A stretch of DNA of 32,675 nt, taken from the IMG/VR virus record IMGVR_UViG_3300044228_004908, positions 1-32,675 of that record; one strand, 5' to 3'. The notes under the pieces are model-generated. The model was not told the origin of the DNA. It did not search any database and worked only from the letters and a program-made list of their open reading frames with translations. This DNA is from a virus (taxonomy: Duplodnaviria; Caudoviricetes). Position numbers and translations under genes: made by a program. Shown piece after piece: positions 1-8,591 of this stretch; the first letter of the stretch is position 1; the number at the start of each line of letters is the position of its first letter.

Positions 1-678
1 AACTTAAACCAAACTTCAGTTTCTGGCTCTACTATTTTTACGGACGCAGGATCTGCTTCTACGTTCAAAGTTTCTAATGCCGGTGGCACAGTAGGGGACA
101 TTGTTAATTCTTCAAACACAGATGAAACAGTAGGTCTGATGTTTTATGATCGCGGGGTCGCAGTTTTTGATCTTTCAAAAATCCTGTCAGGCGCTCAGCA
201 CGTTTCAGGTGTTATTGATGCTATGTCAAGCAACGCTCACGCAGATGCTGTTGCAGGACAAACAGTTATTGGCGACACTGAGGGCAACATAAAAGCTAAG
301 TTCATTCCTGATTTTATGGTATCTGGCTCAATTGATAACATTGTTGATCACTTGGCTTCTACCAGATTCCAATCAGGAACTCTAACAGCCATGACTTTCC
401 AGAACTTGACTAACATTAACTCGACCCTGTATTTCTGCCGTGCTAATGCAGATGAGTTCAATTACTCATCAAATCCAACGTACTTAGACTCTGACGGCAA
501 TATTAACGTCATAGATGCAGGCGCAAGACAAGATGGATCACAGAAGTCGTTTGCATTTGTTACAAAGGTTGGTTTGCATGATGCGCAAGGAAACCTCCTA
601 GCAGTAGCAAAACTTAGTCGCCCCGTTGAAAAGAATCCTGAGAAGGATATCACGTTCCGAGTTCGATTGGACTTCTAA
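1..678 (+). CDS. Virion structural protein (tail/baseplate-associated), 5'-truncated by the window edge
   Basis: Frame 1 is open from base 1 (NLNQTSVSGST...) into the listed ORF at 139. C-terminal module 'FNYSSNPTY...VTKVGLHDAQGNLLAVAKLSRPVEK...FRVRLDF' resembles tail-collar/baseplate 'GLxDxxGNLxAVA' motifs and is shared with the next gene. Function is inferred. Confidence 0.6.
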   Translation, partial: NLNQTSVSGSTIFTDAGSASTFKVSNAGGTVGDIVNSSNTDETVGLMFYDRGVAVFDLSKILSGAQHVSGVIDAMSSNAHADAVAGQTVIGDTEGNIKAKFIPDFMVSGSIDNIVDHLASTRFQSGTLTAMTFQNLTNINSTLYFCRANADEFNYSSNPTYLDSDGNINVIDAGARQDGSQKSFAFVTKVGLHDAQGNLLAVAKLSRPVEKNPEKDITFRVRLDF

Positions 679-738
679 TTCGTCCTGAACGAGGAGCTAG
701 TAATCACGTAATTTCGAGTGTCTTTTGAGATTTAAACC

Positions 739-3162
739 ATGACAATTTTTAAAATCGATAGAGATAATTTCGAAAACACGTCGATTCAAGCTGCGCCATC
801 AAAGTCATTCTCTTCAAGCTCAATGGGCGTCACCGGTACATTATTTGTGTACCCAAGGCGATCAGATGCGCTCAAGGAAGTTATAGAATTTCCAACCCGA
901 AACCCGCGCCCACAGTCTTTTGACGACGCATCTCTAGAAAGACAATTTCAAGATGCTCGAACCGCAATCCAAAATGACATTGCTGATATTGGATCCAGCA
1001 CAGACCACTATGGCAACATGGACAAAATACTTTCGTTCATTAATACTGCGCTGCCTCCTTCGCCAATTATAAATCAAACGACTGCATCAATCCACCGCTT
1101 AACAAGATCTGTCGATGCAGATCGGGTGTTTGAGAAAAAAAGGTATATCGTTGATAATTTATACCCTGCGAATAGAGTGAAATTTCCTTCTTCTCATTTT
1201 TCGTACACAAATTATCACTCGCTTAATTTTTTTACAGCTTCTCAAGTTCCAACGAGGGCGTGTTTGTTATATCCCAACTCAGCATCAATTGAGCACGAGA
1301 GTAGAATATCAGGCTCTTACGTAGTGTCAGATGCTTTCACTTTTGAGTTTCACATTAAACCGAAAAATTTATTTGTGGCAAATGATTCGGGCTATAACCC
1401 AGGAACAATTCTACATCTAAGTTCTTCGTATGCAGTCTCACTAGTTTCAGGTTCTTCTGTAGACGAGAAAGGTAACTCTGATAAGTTTAGAATACAGTTA
1501 CAACTAAGTCATAGTGCAGATGTAACGCCATCTTTAGCAGTTCCAGGCGGCTATCCTAACGATTTGATATTTTTATCCGAAGACAACGCGTTGTCAAAAA
1601 ATGACTGGCACCACGTTGCAATAAAGTGGAAATCAAACAGAGATGCATCTACAGGAAGCTTTGTTGTCAATAGCAAAGAAGCTGGAACATTTGTTCTGCC
1701 TTCATCTTCTATAGCGCCTGAACCTTACGGGGCTGACAAAAATAACCCAGCAGTTCTTGTCGTAGGAAATTACTACGAAGGCACCAATGAAGGAACGAGT
1801 GCACAATCAAGATTCTTTTCTGAAAAAGTGGCCACAAACTTTGGGTTAAAAGATATGGACCCGGGCGTAACCGAAACTCTTCCAGACGTCTTTGACTTTA
1901 CTTCACCTTTATGCGCTGAGATTCATGATTTAAAAATATATGAAACTTATCGAGAAGATGAGCAAATACAAACAGGCTCTATTCAAGGATCTGGAAACAG
2001 ACAAGAAGCTGGGCTTTTGCTTCATGTTCCGCCTTTCTTTACAAAACAATCACCCGCAAGAAATATTTCAACGACACTAACGTCAGAGCTTACAGCGTCA
2101 ACTGAAACCCCATTCAACACAGATCTTTCTTTTAGGGTCGCAGGCCACGACCTAAACATTGAAAACTTTACAAGAGACTTAAAGACTCTTAATTTCCCAA
2201 GGCATATGTCATTAACAGGAAGTTCAGGCTATGATTTGCCTGTAGGCGGAAATGCTAATGACGCTTTGTTTGAAGTTCCCGAAGTTAGGTATAGAAACTT
2301 ATTTCTTCTTCCGTGTGATGACGGAAATTTTGCTCCAAACTTCTCCATTGTCGAAACAGGGAGCATACCTACGGGCCCAGTAAAATCAGGATCACTTTTT
2401 TATCACTATACGAATGATATGGATTTTGTTGATTTAAGCATGATCAAGCTTCGTGAACTGATACCATCTCAATCATTCCCTACGTTTCCCGAAGAAGTTG
2501 CTTACGAATCAATTAGGACTATTACGACAATAAAGCAAGAAAATCCTTCCAACGCGACTCCCGAAGCGCCGAAAGGGGATTACTACGTTTTACCCTTTGT
2601 ATACGGAAGAACCCTTGATAATTCTTCTGATGAAATAGTCATTTTCGACGTTAGTAAGTTGTACTACGGTGAAAGAATAAAGCCTGGGACATTTGAAATA
2701 CAAGACACATCACTTACAGGATCTGGCGGTCAAATTGGCATTAAACTGAAAGATGATGGATTTGGTAACTTGTACAGAGCAGACTCCGGAACATCACATG
2801 CAACCTGGAATTCTGTTGGAAACATCTTCTATGAAGAAGGAATTGCAGTAGTAAAATCACCAAATATACCACTTTTTGGAAAAGATCAATTTTCTGTATC
2901 GATGAAGGGTGAAAGAGAAGTCCACGCAATGAAAGTTCATGTTATTGCACCGGCTGCCTCGCTTAACTCTTCTTCAAATCCTTCATATATACCCGTCTCA
3001 GCTTCTCTAAACGCGAACGAAGCAAATGCAGAGTTTGTCGCAATTACAGGAATTAATTTTCATGATGACAATTTAAACGTTATAATGAAAACAAAATTTG
3101 CGCAGCCCGTTATTAAAAGAACTGACGACCGCGTGATGTTTAAGAGTAAGCTGGATTTTTAA
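739..3162 (+). CDS. Virion structural protein with a LamG/ConA-like domain and a C-terminal module paralogous to the upstream gene
   Basis: 807 aa. 'AFTFEFHIKP' and 'NDWHHVAIKW' are LamG-like motifs. C-terminus 'SSSNPSY...ITGINFHDDNLNVIMKTKFAQPVIK...FKSKLDF' aligns by eye with 1..678. Confidence 0.6.
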   Translation: MTIFKIDRDNFENTSIQAAPSKSFSSSSMGVTGTLFVYPRRSDALKEVIEFPTRNPRPQSFDDASLERQFQDARTAIQNDIADIGSSTDHYGNMDKILSFINTALPPSPIINQTTASIHRLTRSVDADRVFEKKRYIVDNLYPANRVKFPSSHFSYTNYHSLNFFTASQVPTRACLLYPNSASIEHESRISGSYVVSDAFTFEFHIKPKNLFVANDSGYNPGTILHLSSSYAVSLVSGSSVDEKGNSDKFRIQLQLSHSADVTPSLAVPGGYPNDLIFLSEDNALSKNDWHHVAIKWKSNRDASTGSFVVNSKEAGTFVLPSSSIAPEPYGADKNNPAVLVVGNYYEGTNEGTSAQSRFFSEKVATNFGLKDMDPGVTETLPDVFDFTSPLCAEIHDLKIYETYREDEQIQTGSIQGSGNRQEAGLLLHVPPFFTKQSPARNISTTLTSELTASTETPFNTDLSFRVAGHDLNIENFTRDLKTLNFPRHMSLTGSSGYDLPVGGNANDALFEVPEVRYRNLFLLPCDDGNFAPNFSIVETGSIPTGPVKSGSLFYHYTNDMDFVDLSMIKLRELIPSQSFPTFPEEVAYESIRTITTIKQENPSNATPEAPKGDYYVLPFVYGRTLDNSSDEIVIFDVSKLYYGERIKPGTFEIQDTSLTGSGGQIGIKLKDDGFGNLYRADSGTSHATWNSVGNIFYEEGIAVVKSPNIPLFGKDQFSVSMKGEREVHAMKVHVIAPAASLNSSSNPSYIPVSASLNANEANAEFVAITGINFHDDNLNVIMKTKFAQPVIKRTDDRVMFKSKLDF

Positions 3163-3710
3163 TGTATGTACTAGGCCTTGATATTTCCACATCTTGTACG
3201 GGAATTGCAATTCTGCATCATTCTGGTAAACTTCAGCAGCTAAATTATGTTGATTTATCAAAGTGTAATACGTACTGGGATAAAGTTGATCTATTTCGTG
3301 AGGAAATGAAAAAAATTTTATTTAGGTTAGACGGTCCAATCCAGAGTATTTATATCGAAGAAAGCCTGCAGAGATTTCGAACCGGAATGTCTTCTGCAAA
3401 AACACTTTCAACTTTAACAAAATTTAACGGCGTAGTTTCTTTTATTGCAAGAGAGTTGACAGGAGCTGCACCCGAGTACTTTAATGTGAATACGGCGAGA
3501 AAATCTGTAGGGATTTCCGTCAAGCGCGGAGAAAACGCAAAAGAAAAAGTTCAAGAGTGGGTTGAACAACAGATTGACTTCAATTGGCCGACCAAAATAC
3601 TAAAGTCAGGACCTAGAAAAGGCACTGAGGTAAAACTCAAAGCTTGCGAAGACATGTCAGACGCTTACTTGATAGCTGCTGCAGGAATAAAAATTGTAAA
3701 CTCAAACTAA
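3162..3710 (+). CDS. RuvC-like Holliday junction resolvase
   Basis: RNase H-fold acidic motifs 'VLGLDISTSCTG', 'IYIEE', 'DMSDAY'. Start overlaps the upstream stop (TAATG). Confidence 0.85.
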   Translation: MYVLGLDISTSCTGIAILHHSGKLQQLNYVDLSKCNTYWDKVDLFREEMKKILFRLDGPIQSIYIEESLQRFRTGMSSAKTLSTLTKFNGVVSFIARELTGAAPEYFNVNTARKSVGISVKRGENAKEKVQEWVEQQIDFNWPTKILKSGPRKGTEVKLKACEDMSDAYLIAAAGIKIVNSN

Positions 3711-3722
3711 GTTGTTTATAAT
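3694..3722 (+). promoter_or_regulatory. Sigma70-type promoter upstream of the primase
   Basis: TTGTAA (3694-3699), 17-nt spacer, TATAAT (3717-3722). Predicted +1 falls at about 3729, the GTG start. Confidence 0.65.
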
Positions 3723-3728
3723 GTTCTT

Positions 3729-4697
3729 GTGAGTAATTTGAATACCACCCACGAGAAGGTTACCTTCTTAAAGGGAGTTTTTGGAAGCGGCCGTCTGATG
3801 AATGACGGCATTAACTTCCATGTAAAGTGTCCAAGTTGCGGTAGAGGTAATAAGAAAAAGTTTGTAATTAGACTTGACAATGACTTGTGTCACTGTTTTG
3901 TGTGCGGTCTTAAAGCTAAAAATCTAGTCCCAATCCTTAAAAAGTATGCTGATCCTAGCGACTTACAAAAATATGTCAATAATTTCTACAAAGGAGAGAT
4001 GGCAGCTGGCGAGATCGAGTCAGAAAGTGAAAAACTAAGACTCCCTGAAAAGTTTAGGCTTCTTGCTAGATCACTATCAGACGACGACCCAGATATTAAA
4101 AGTGTCATAAAGTACGTCCTGTCCAGAGGTTTGACAGCCAGAGACTTGTGGTATTATAAAGTCGGCGCGACGACAGTTGGCGGAGACAGAAGAAGGGCTA
4201 TAATACCTTCTTTCGATTCTGAGGGAAATCTTAACTTTTACACTGGTCGCGACATTGACGGCGACAGATTTCCGAGGTATCTAAACTCCGCTGTCGACAA
4301 AAAACTTATTGTTTTTAACGAGATCAACATAGACTGGAGTGAAGAACTTACACTAGTTGAAGGGCCTTTTGATTTAATGAAGTGCAATGATAACGCAACG
4401 TGCTTATTAGGATCAGGTCTTGCGAGAGACGCTTTGTTATTTAATAAAATTGTTGAGCACAAAACTCCTGTGGTTTTGGCGCTTGACTCTGATATGAAAT
4501 CTAAGACAATGTCGCTAGCAAAAAGACTTCATGAATTTGACATTCAAGTTAGAATTTTAAAAACCGATGGGTTTGATGATGTTGGTGCAATGTCAAAAAA
4601 AGAATTTTTAAAAAGAAAGGATGCTGCCTCACTTTGGTTGCCTTTTGATAATCTTAAATTTAAGATATCTAATCTTGCAACAGGTAGTATGATTTAG
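3729..4697 (+). CDS. DNA primase (Zn-finger + TOPRIM, DnaG/T4 gp61-like)
   Basis: N-terminal CPSC...CHCFVC zinc ribbon, 'FYTGR', 'RYLNS', TOPRIM 'LVEGPFD' and 'LALDSD'. GTG start. Confidence 0.88.
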   Translation: MSNLNTTHEKVTFLKGVFGSGRLMNDGINFHVKCPSCGRGNKKKFVIRLDNDLCHCFVCGLKAKNLVPILKKYADPSDLQKYVNNFYKGEMAAGEIESESEKLRLPEKFRLLARSLSDDDPDIKSVIKYVLSRGLTARDLWYYKVGATTVGGDRRRAIIPSFDSEGNLNFYTGRDIDGDRFPRYLNSAVDKKLIVFNEINIDWSEELTLVEGPFDLMKCNDNATCLLGSGLARDALLFNKIVEHKTPVVLALDSDMKSKTMSLAKRLHEFDIQVRILKTDGFDDVGAMSKKEFLKRKDAASLWLPFDNLKFKISNLATGSMI

Positions 4698-4708
4698 CAG
4701 GAAATTTT

Positions 4709-7700
4709 ATGAGTATTAGAATCGCACACATTGGCGATGTACACTATCGCAGTTTGTCACGACATGATGAGTATCGAAAAGTATTCGAAGAGTTTTGCGA
4801 AAAAGTAAAAGAGCTTAACGTTGATTTAATATACGTTGCAGGTGACATCTATCACACGAAGACTCAAGGAATATCTCCTGAAGTAATCGATGAAATGAGC
4901 TGGTGGTTTACAGCATTAGCAGAAGTTGCTCCAACTCATGTCATTCTAGGCAATCATGACGGTAACATGGTTAACGCGCATAGGCAAGACGCAATTACTC
5001 CTGTTGTAAATGCACTCAATAATCCAAGAATTCATCTGTATAAGCAGTCTGGTACTTATCCATCTGGAATAAAAGGTTTAAACTGGAGTGTTTTCTCGTG
5101 CTTTGATGAAAAAGGCTGGAAGAATGTCAAACCTGTAGAAGATGAAATCAACATTGCTTGTTATCACGGCTGTGTTGTTGGATCAACTACTGATCAAAAT
5201 TGGGAACTTGATGGTGAGATAAAACTTAGCTTTTTTGATGATTACGAGTTTGTTATGCTCGGTGACATCCACAAGTTCCAGTTTTTAAATGAAAAAAAGA
5301 CAGCCGCTTATCCCGGCTCTACAATTCAGCAAAACTATGGCGAAGACCCAAATAAAGGTTTTTTAGTCTGGGATATTAGAGACAAGGATGACTTTGACGT
5401 CAATTTTCATAGGCTCTCTAATCCTCACCCGTTTGTCACGATCGATTGGCAAGGTAGTGTACCATCAACTATTAAAGAAGCTAAGAAGCATAAATCAGGG
5501 TGTCGATTTAGAATTAGAACAACTGAGACTATTCCGCAGATTGAAATCAAGCAATTTCACAATGAATTAAAGGCACAGAGGCAGCCTAAAGAACTAGTGT
5601 GGAAGTTTGACCAAGATCCTGATGAAACAAACGTAATTGATGCAAATAACAACCTTGTAAAAGAAGATCTTAGAGATCCAAAAGTTCAAGTTAAAATTTT
5701 GAAAGACTACGTTTTTGATGGCAAGTTTAACGACGATGAATGGGAAGACATCGAGAAGTTAGTCAATCGATACATTACCCTTGCAACACAGAACGAAGAT
5801 GTCACAAGACACGCAAAGTGGTCTATTAAATCTCTTGAGTTTGACAACACATTTTCGTATGGAAAAAACAATAAGATCGATTTTACCAAGCTAAATGGAA
5901 TTACTGGTATCTTAGGTAGAAACAGGGCAGGTAAGTCCTCTATTGTTGGAACCATAGTTTACAATTTATTTAACGGCACAGACCGCGGCTCAATTAAAAA
6001 CCTTCACGTGATAAACTCCAGAAAAGGTCATTGCAACGCTAAGATGATTGCAAAAATCGGAAGTCATGATCATTTGATTGAGAGGCAATCAGTTAGGTAC
6101 GAAGATAGAAAAGGAAAACAGTCTGCTGTCACAACTTTAAATTTTCAAAAGATCGATGCTGCTGGCAATATTATTCAAGACTTAAACGGTGAGCAGAGAA
6201 CTCAAACTGAGAAAGTAATAAGAAAAATGTTCGGCACCTCTGATGACTTTTTGCTAACATCGCTTGCCACGCAAGGCAACATGAATGCATTCATTAGCCA
6301 GGGATCTTCTCATAGAAAATATGTTCTATCTAAATTCTTGGATCTTGATATCTTTGAAAAAATGTCTAGTCTTGTAAAGAATGACTCTGCTGAGATTAAA
6401 GGTAAACTTTCTGCTTATCCAGAGAGAGACTGGAATGCAGCTATTTTCATGTTAAGAAAAAACAAAAAAGAGCATGACGAAGAGATGGTTCTGCTAGAAA
6501 ACGAATTAGTAGGGTTAAGAGAAGAAGCACAAAAAGTGCAACTCGAATTATCTAATTTCTCAGAAACAGATCTTGTCTCTGAGTCAGAAATCAATGAAAA
6601 ACAACAAGAAGTAAATAAGCTATCTGAGAAAACAGACGAAGTTCAGATTCGCCTTGAAGCATGTAATAATAAAATTAATGATATTCAAAATAAAATTGAT
6701 AAGATTGAAGAGGTAAAAACAAGATTTCCAATCGAAGAAATTAGAGAGAGGAAACAAGTTTACAATGATCTTGAAAAGCAGCTTACTTCCTTAGCACATC
6801 AGCACGATTCTGCAAAGCAAGTTCTAAAAAATCAAAAGAAATCTGTTAAATTACTTGATGATGTTCCTTGCGGAGATTCTTTTCCAACATGTAAGTTTAT
6901 CAAAGAATCACACAAGAATAAGAAGCTTATCGTCGAGCAACAAGATATAGTAGCTAATTTTTCAAAAGATTTGCGCGCAATGAAGAGATCATTCAAAAAG
7001 CTTGAAGAAGAAGACCTGGGCGAAAAGATTCAAAAGTATGAACAATTAATGTCAAGACTCTCAGCGTTTAACGTAAACCTAACAAGAAAACAGAGTGAAA
7101 AAGAAGTATTAGAAAGAGACTTCAGAGATTTGACTGAAAATCTTGAAAAATCTATTAAATCTTTAGATAACATGAGAATGAGATCTTCCTCTGAAGATGT
7201 ATCAGATGTTGCAAAAAACCTTAATGAGAATCTAAAAGAGATGCTTTCTGTGATTCAGCAGAAAGATGCCAGAAGAATTTCTCTTGCAGAACTTAAGGGC
7301 AACATAGACAGCCAAATTAAAAAGCTCCAAAGCGAAAGAGACGATTATTCTAAACTTAAGAGGATTTGGAAGATTTATGATTTCTTAATGAAGGCTTGGT
7401 CTAAAAAGGGTTTGCCTACTCAAATTATTAAGTCTCAACTCCCTGCAATTAACAATGAGATCGAAAAGATATTAAATGGTGTTGTTGATTTCACTGTTAA
7501 GCTTGAAACAGACCCTGAGTCAAATTCTGCAGAAATATACCTTGACTATGGGGATAGCAGAAGAATAATCGAGCTTGCGTCAGGAATGGAAAAGATGATT
7601 TCTTCTCTTGCAATCAGAGTTGCACTTTTAAACGTTTCTTCTTTGCCTAAGACCGACATGCTGATCATCGACGAAGGCTTTGGTTCTTTGGACGAGGCCC

Positions 7701-7852
7701 AGGTTGCTGCCTGTAACAGCTTGCTAGTCTCTCTTAAGAAGTGGTTTAGAAACATCTTGGTCATTACTCACGTCGATTCAGTAAAAGATATTGTTGACAA
7801 CACTTTGGAGATATCAAGTAAAGGAAAGGACTCGCACGTAGAGTATGTCTAA
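4709..7852 (+). CDS. Fused SbcD/Mre11 nuclease - SbcC/Rad50 SMC ATPase (T4 gp47+gp46 equivalent)
   Basis: Metallophosphoesterase motifs 'HIGDVH', 'AGDIYH', 'LGNHD', 'YHG', 'GDIH', 'YPGS'; then Walker A 'GRNRAGKSS', Q-loop 'LATQG', long coiled coil, signature 'ASGME', Walker B/D-loop 'LIIDEGFGSLD', H-loop 'VITH'. Confidence 0.92.
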   Translation: MSIRIAHIGDVHYRSLSRHDEYRKVFEEFCEKVKELNVDLIYVAGDIYHTKTQGISPEVIDEMSWWFTALAEVAPTHVILGNHDGNMVNAHRQDAITPVVNALNNPRIHLYKQSGTYPSGIKGLNWSVFSCFDEKGWKNVKPVEDEINIACYHGCVVGSTTDQNWELDGEIKLSFFDDYEFVMLGDIHKFQFLNEKKTAAYPGSTIQQNYGEDPNKGFLVWDIRDKDDFDVNFHRLSNPHPFVTIDWQGSVPSTIKEAKKHKSGCRFRIRTTETIPQIEIKQFHNELKAQRQPKELVWKFDQDPDETNVIDANNNLVKEDLRDPKVQVKILKDYVFDGKFNDDEWEDIEKLVNRYITLATQNEDVTRHAKWSIKSLEFDNTFSYGKNNKIDFTKLNGITGILGRNRAGKSSIVGTIVYNLFNGTDRGSIKNLHVINSRKGHCNAKMIAKIGSHDHLIERQSVRYEDRKGKQSAVTTLNFQKIDAAGNIIQDLNGEQRTQTEKVIRKMFGTSDDFLLTSLATQGNMNAFISQGSSHRKYVLSKFLDLDIFEKMSSLVKNDSAEIKGKLSAYPERDWNAAIFMLRKNKKEHDEEMVLLENELVGLREEAQKVQLELSNFSETDLVSESEINEKQQEVNKLSEKTDEVQIRLEACNNKINDIQNKIDKIEEVKTRFPIEEIRERKQVYNDLEKQLTSLAHQHDSAKQVLKNQKKSVKLLDDVPCGDSFPTCKFIKESHKNKKLIVEQQDIVANFSKDLRAMKRSFKKLEEEDLGEKIQKYEQLMSRLSAFNVNLTRKQSEKEVLERDFRDLTENLEKSIKSLDNMRMRSSSEDVSDVAKNLNENLKEMLSVIQQKDARRISLAELKGNIDSQIKKLQSERDDYSKLKRIWKIYDFLMKAWSKKGLPTQIIKSQLPAINNEIEKILNGVVDFTVKLETDPESNSAEIYLDYGDSRRIIELASGMEKMISSLAIRVALLNVSSLPKTDMLIIDEGFGSLDEAQVAACNSLLVSLKKWFRNILVITHVDSVKDIVDNTLEISSKGKDSHVEYV

Positions 7853-8126
7853 AAAGATCACTGAGTTTAGCGAAGGATTTATGTTGATTCAAGACGAAGA
7901 CATGGATTCTGTACCTCTTGCTTGCCCTGTTTGTGACTATTTTATTGACACTGATCAACACGCTGAGTATTATGCTAAGTACAAATGCTGTTTTGATTGC
8001 GGCGTCAAGTGGGCAGAAGGCATGAACAAAGAAAATTGGAAAAATGGCTGGCGACCTGACAAAGAAGTCATTGAAGCAGAGAAAAATTTTAGACGGAAAA
8101 TGGTCTCTCCGTTAAGGTTTGACTGA
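7845..8126 (+). CDS. Small putative zinc-binding protein
   Basis: 93 aa with CPVC and CCFDC pairs and a 'WKNGWRP' motif. Overlaps the SbcCD stop, suggesting translational coupling. Confidence 0.7.
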   Translation: MSKKITEFSEGFMLIQDEDMDSVPLACPVCDYFIDTDQHAEYYAKYKCCFDCGVKWAEGMNKENWKNGWRPDKEVIEAEKNFRRKMVSPLRFD

Positions 8127-8132
8127 TTTGAT

Positions 8133-8141
8133 ATATTTATA
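8133..8141 (+). promoter_or_regulatory. Putative late promoter motif ATATTTATA
   Basis: Intergenic, about 24 nt before the 8165 start. The ATATTTA core recurs before several structural genes. Confidence 0.6.
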
Positions 8142-8164
8142 TGTGAGCTTATGCGGAGATTACT

Positions 8165-8590
8165 ATGCTTTCATTTGAAGATGTAAACGTTCTAGGACAA
8201 TTAATTGATACTTCTTTTGGCTACTCTTCTACAGGTGAAGAGAAGTACCAAGTTCCTGCTGGAAGATCTATTAAATCACACATTTCGGGAGAGACCGGCG
8301 AGGATAGACTTATTGTAAAGTTTACAACAGTTGTTAATCTTCACGGACACGAAAGTCAGCTGGTTGATGCAAATCACCCAGGTGCAAAAAGAGTTAAAGA
8401 AGAGTCCCTTAAATTGACTAAGGATTATATTGACGCTCTTAAGAAAGAATTTAAGGAAGCTACAGGTAAAACCTTGCGTCTTAAGGAAAGCTCCACAAAT
8501 GACAGCGTTGAGCTTGTCAACTATAACATTTTTAACCCGAACAAAACTGTGTACTATAGAAGGAATTCAATCTTTTCTATAGAGGGCTAA
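8165..8590 (+). CDS. Hypothetical protein directly upstream of TerL
   Basis: 141-aa ORF with a GGAG SD, preceded by the late motif. No recognised domain. Confidence 0.75.
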   Translation: MLSFEDVNVLGQLIDTSFGYSSTGEEKYQVPAGRSIKSHISGETGEDRLIVKFTTVVNLHGHESQLVDANHPGAKRVKEESLKLTKDYIDALKKEFKEATGKTLRLKESSTNDSVELVNYNIFNPNKTVYYRRNSIFSIEG

Positions 8591-8591
8591 A

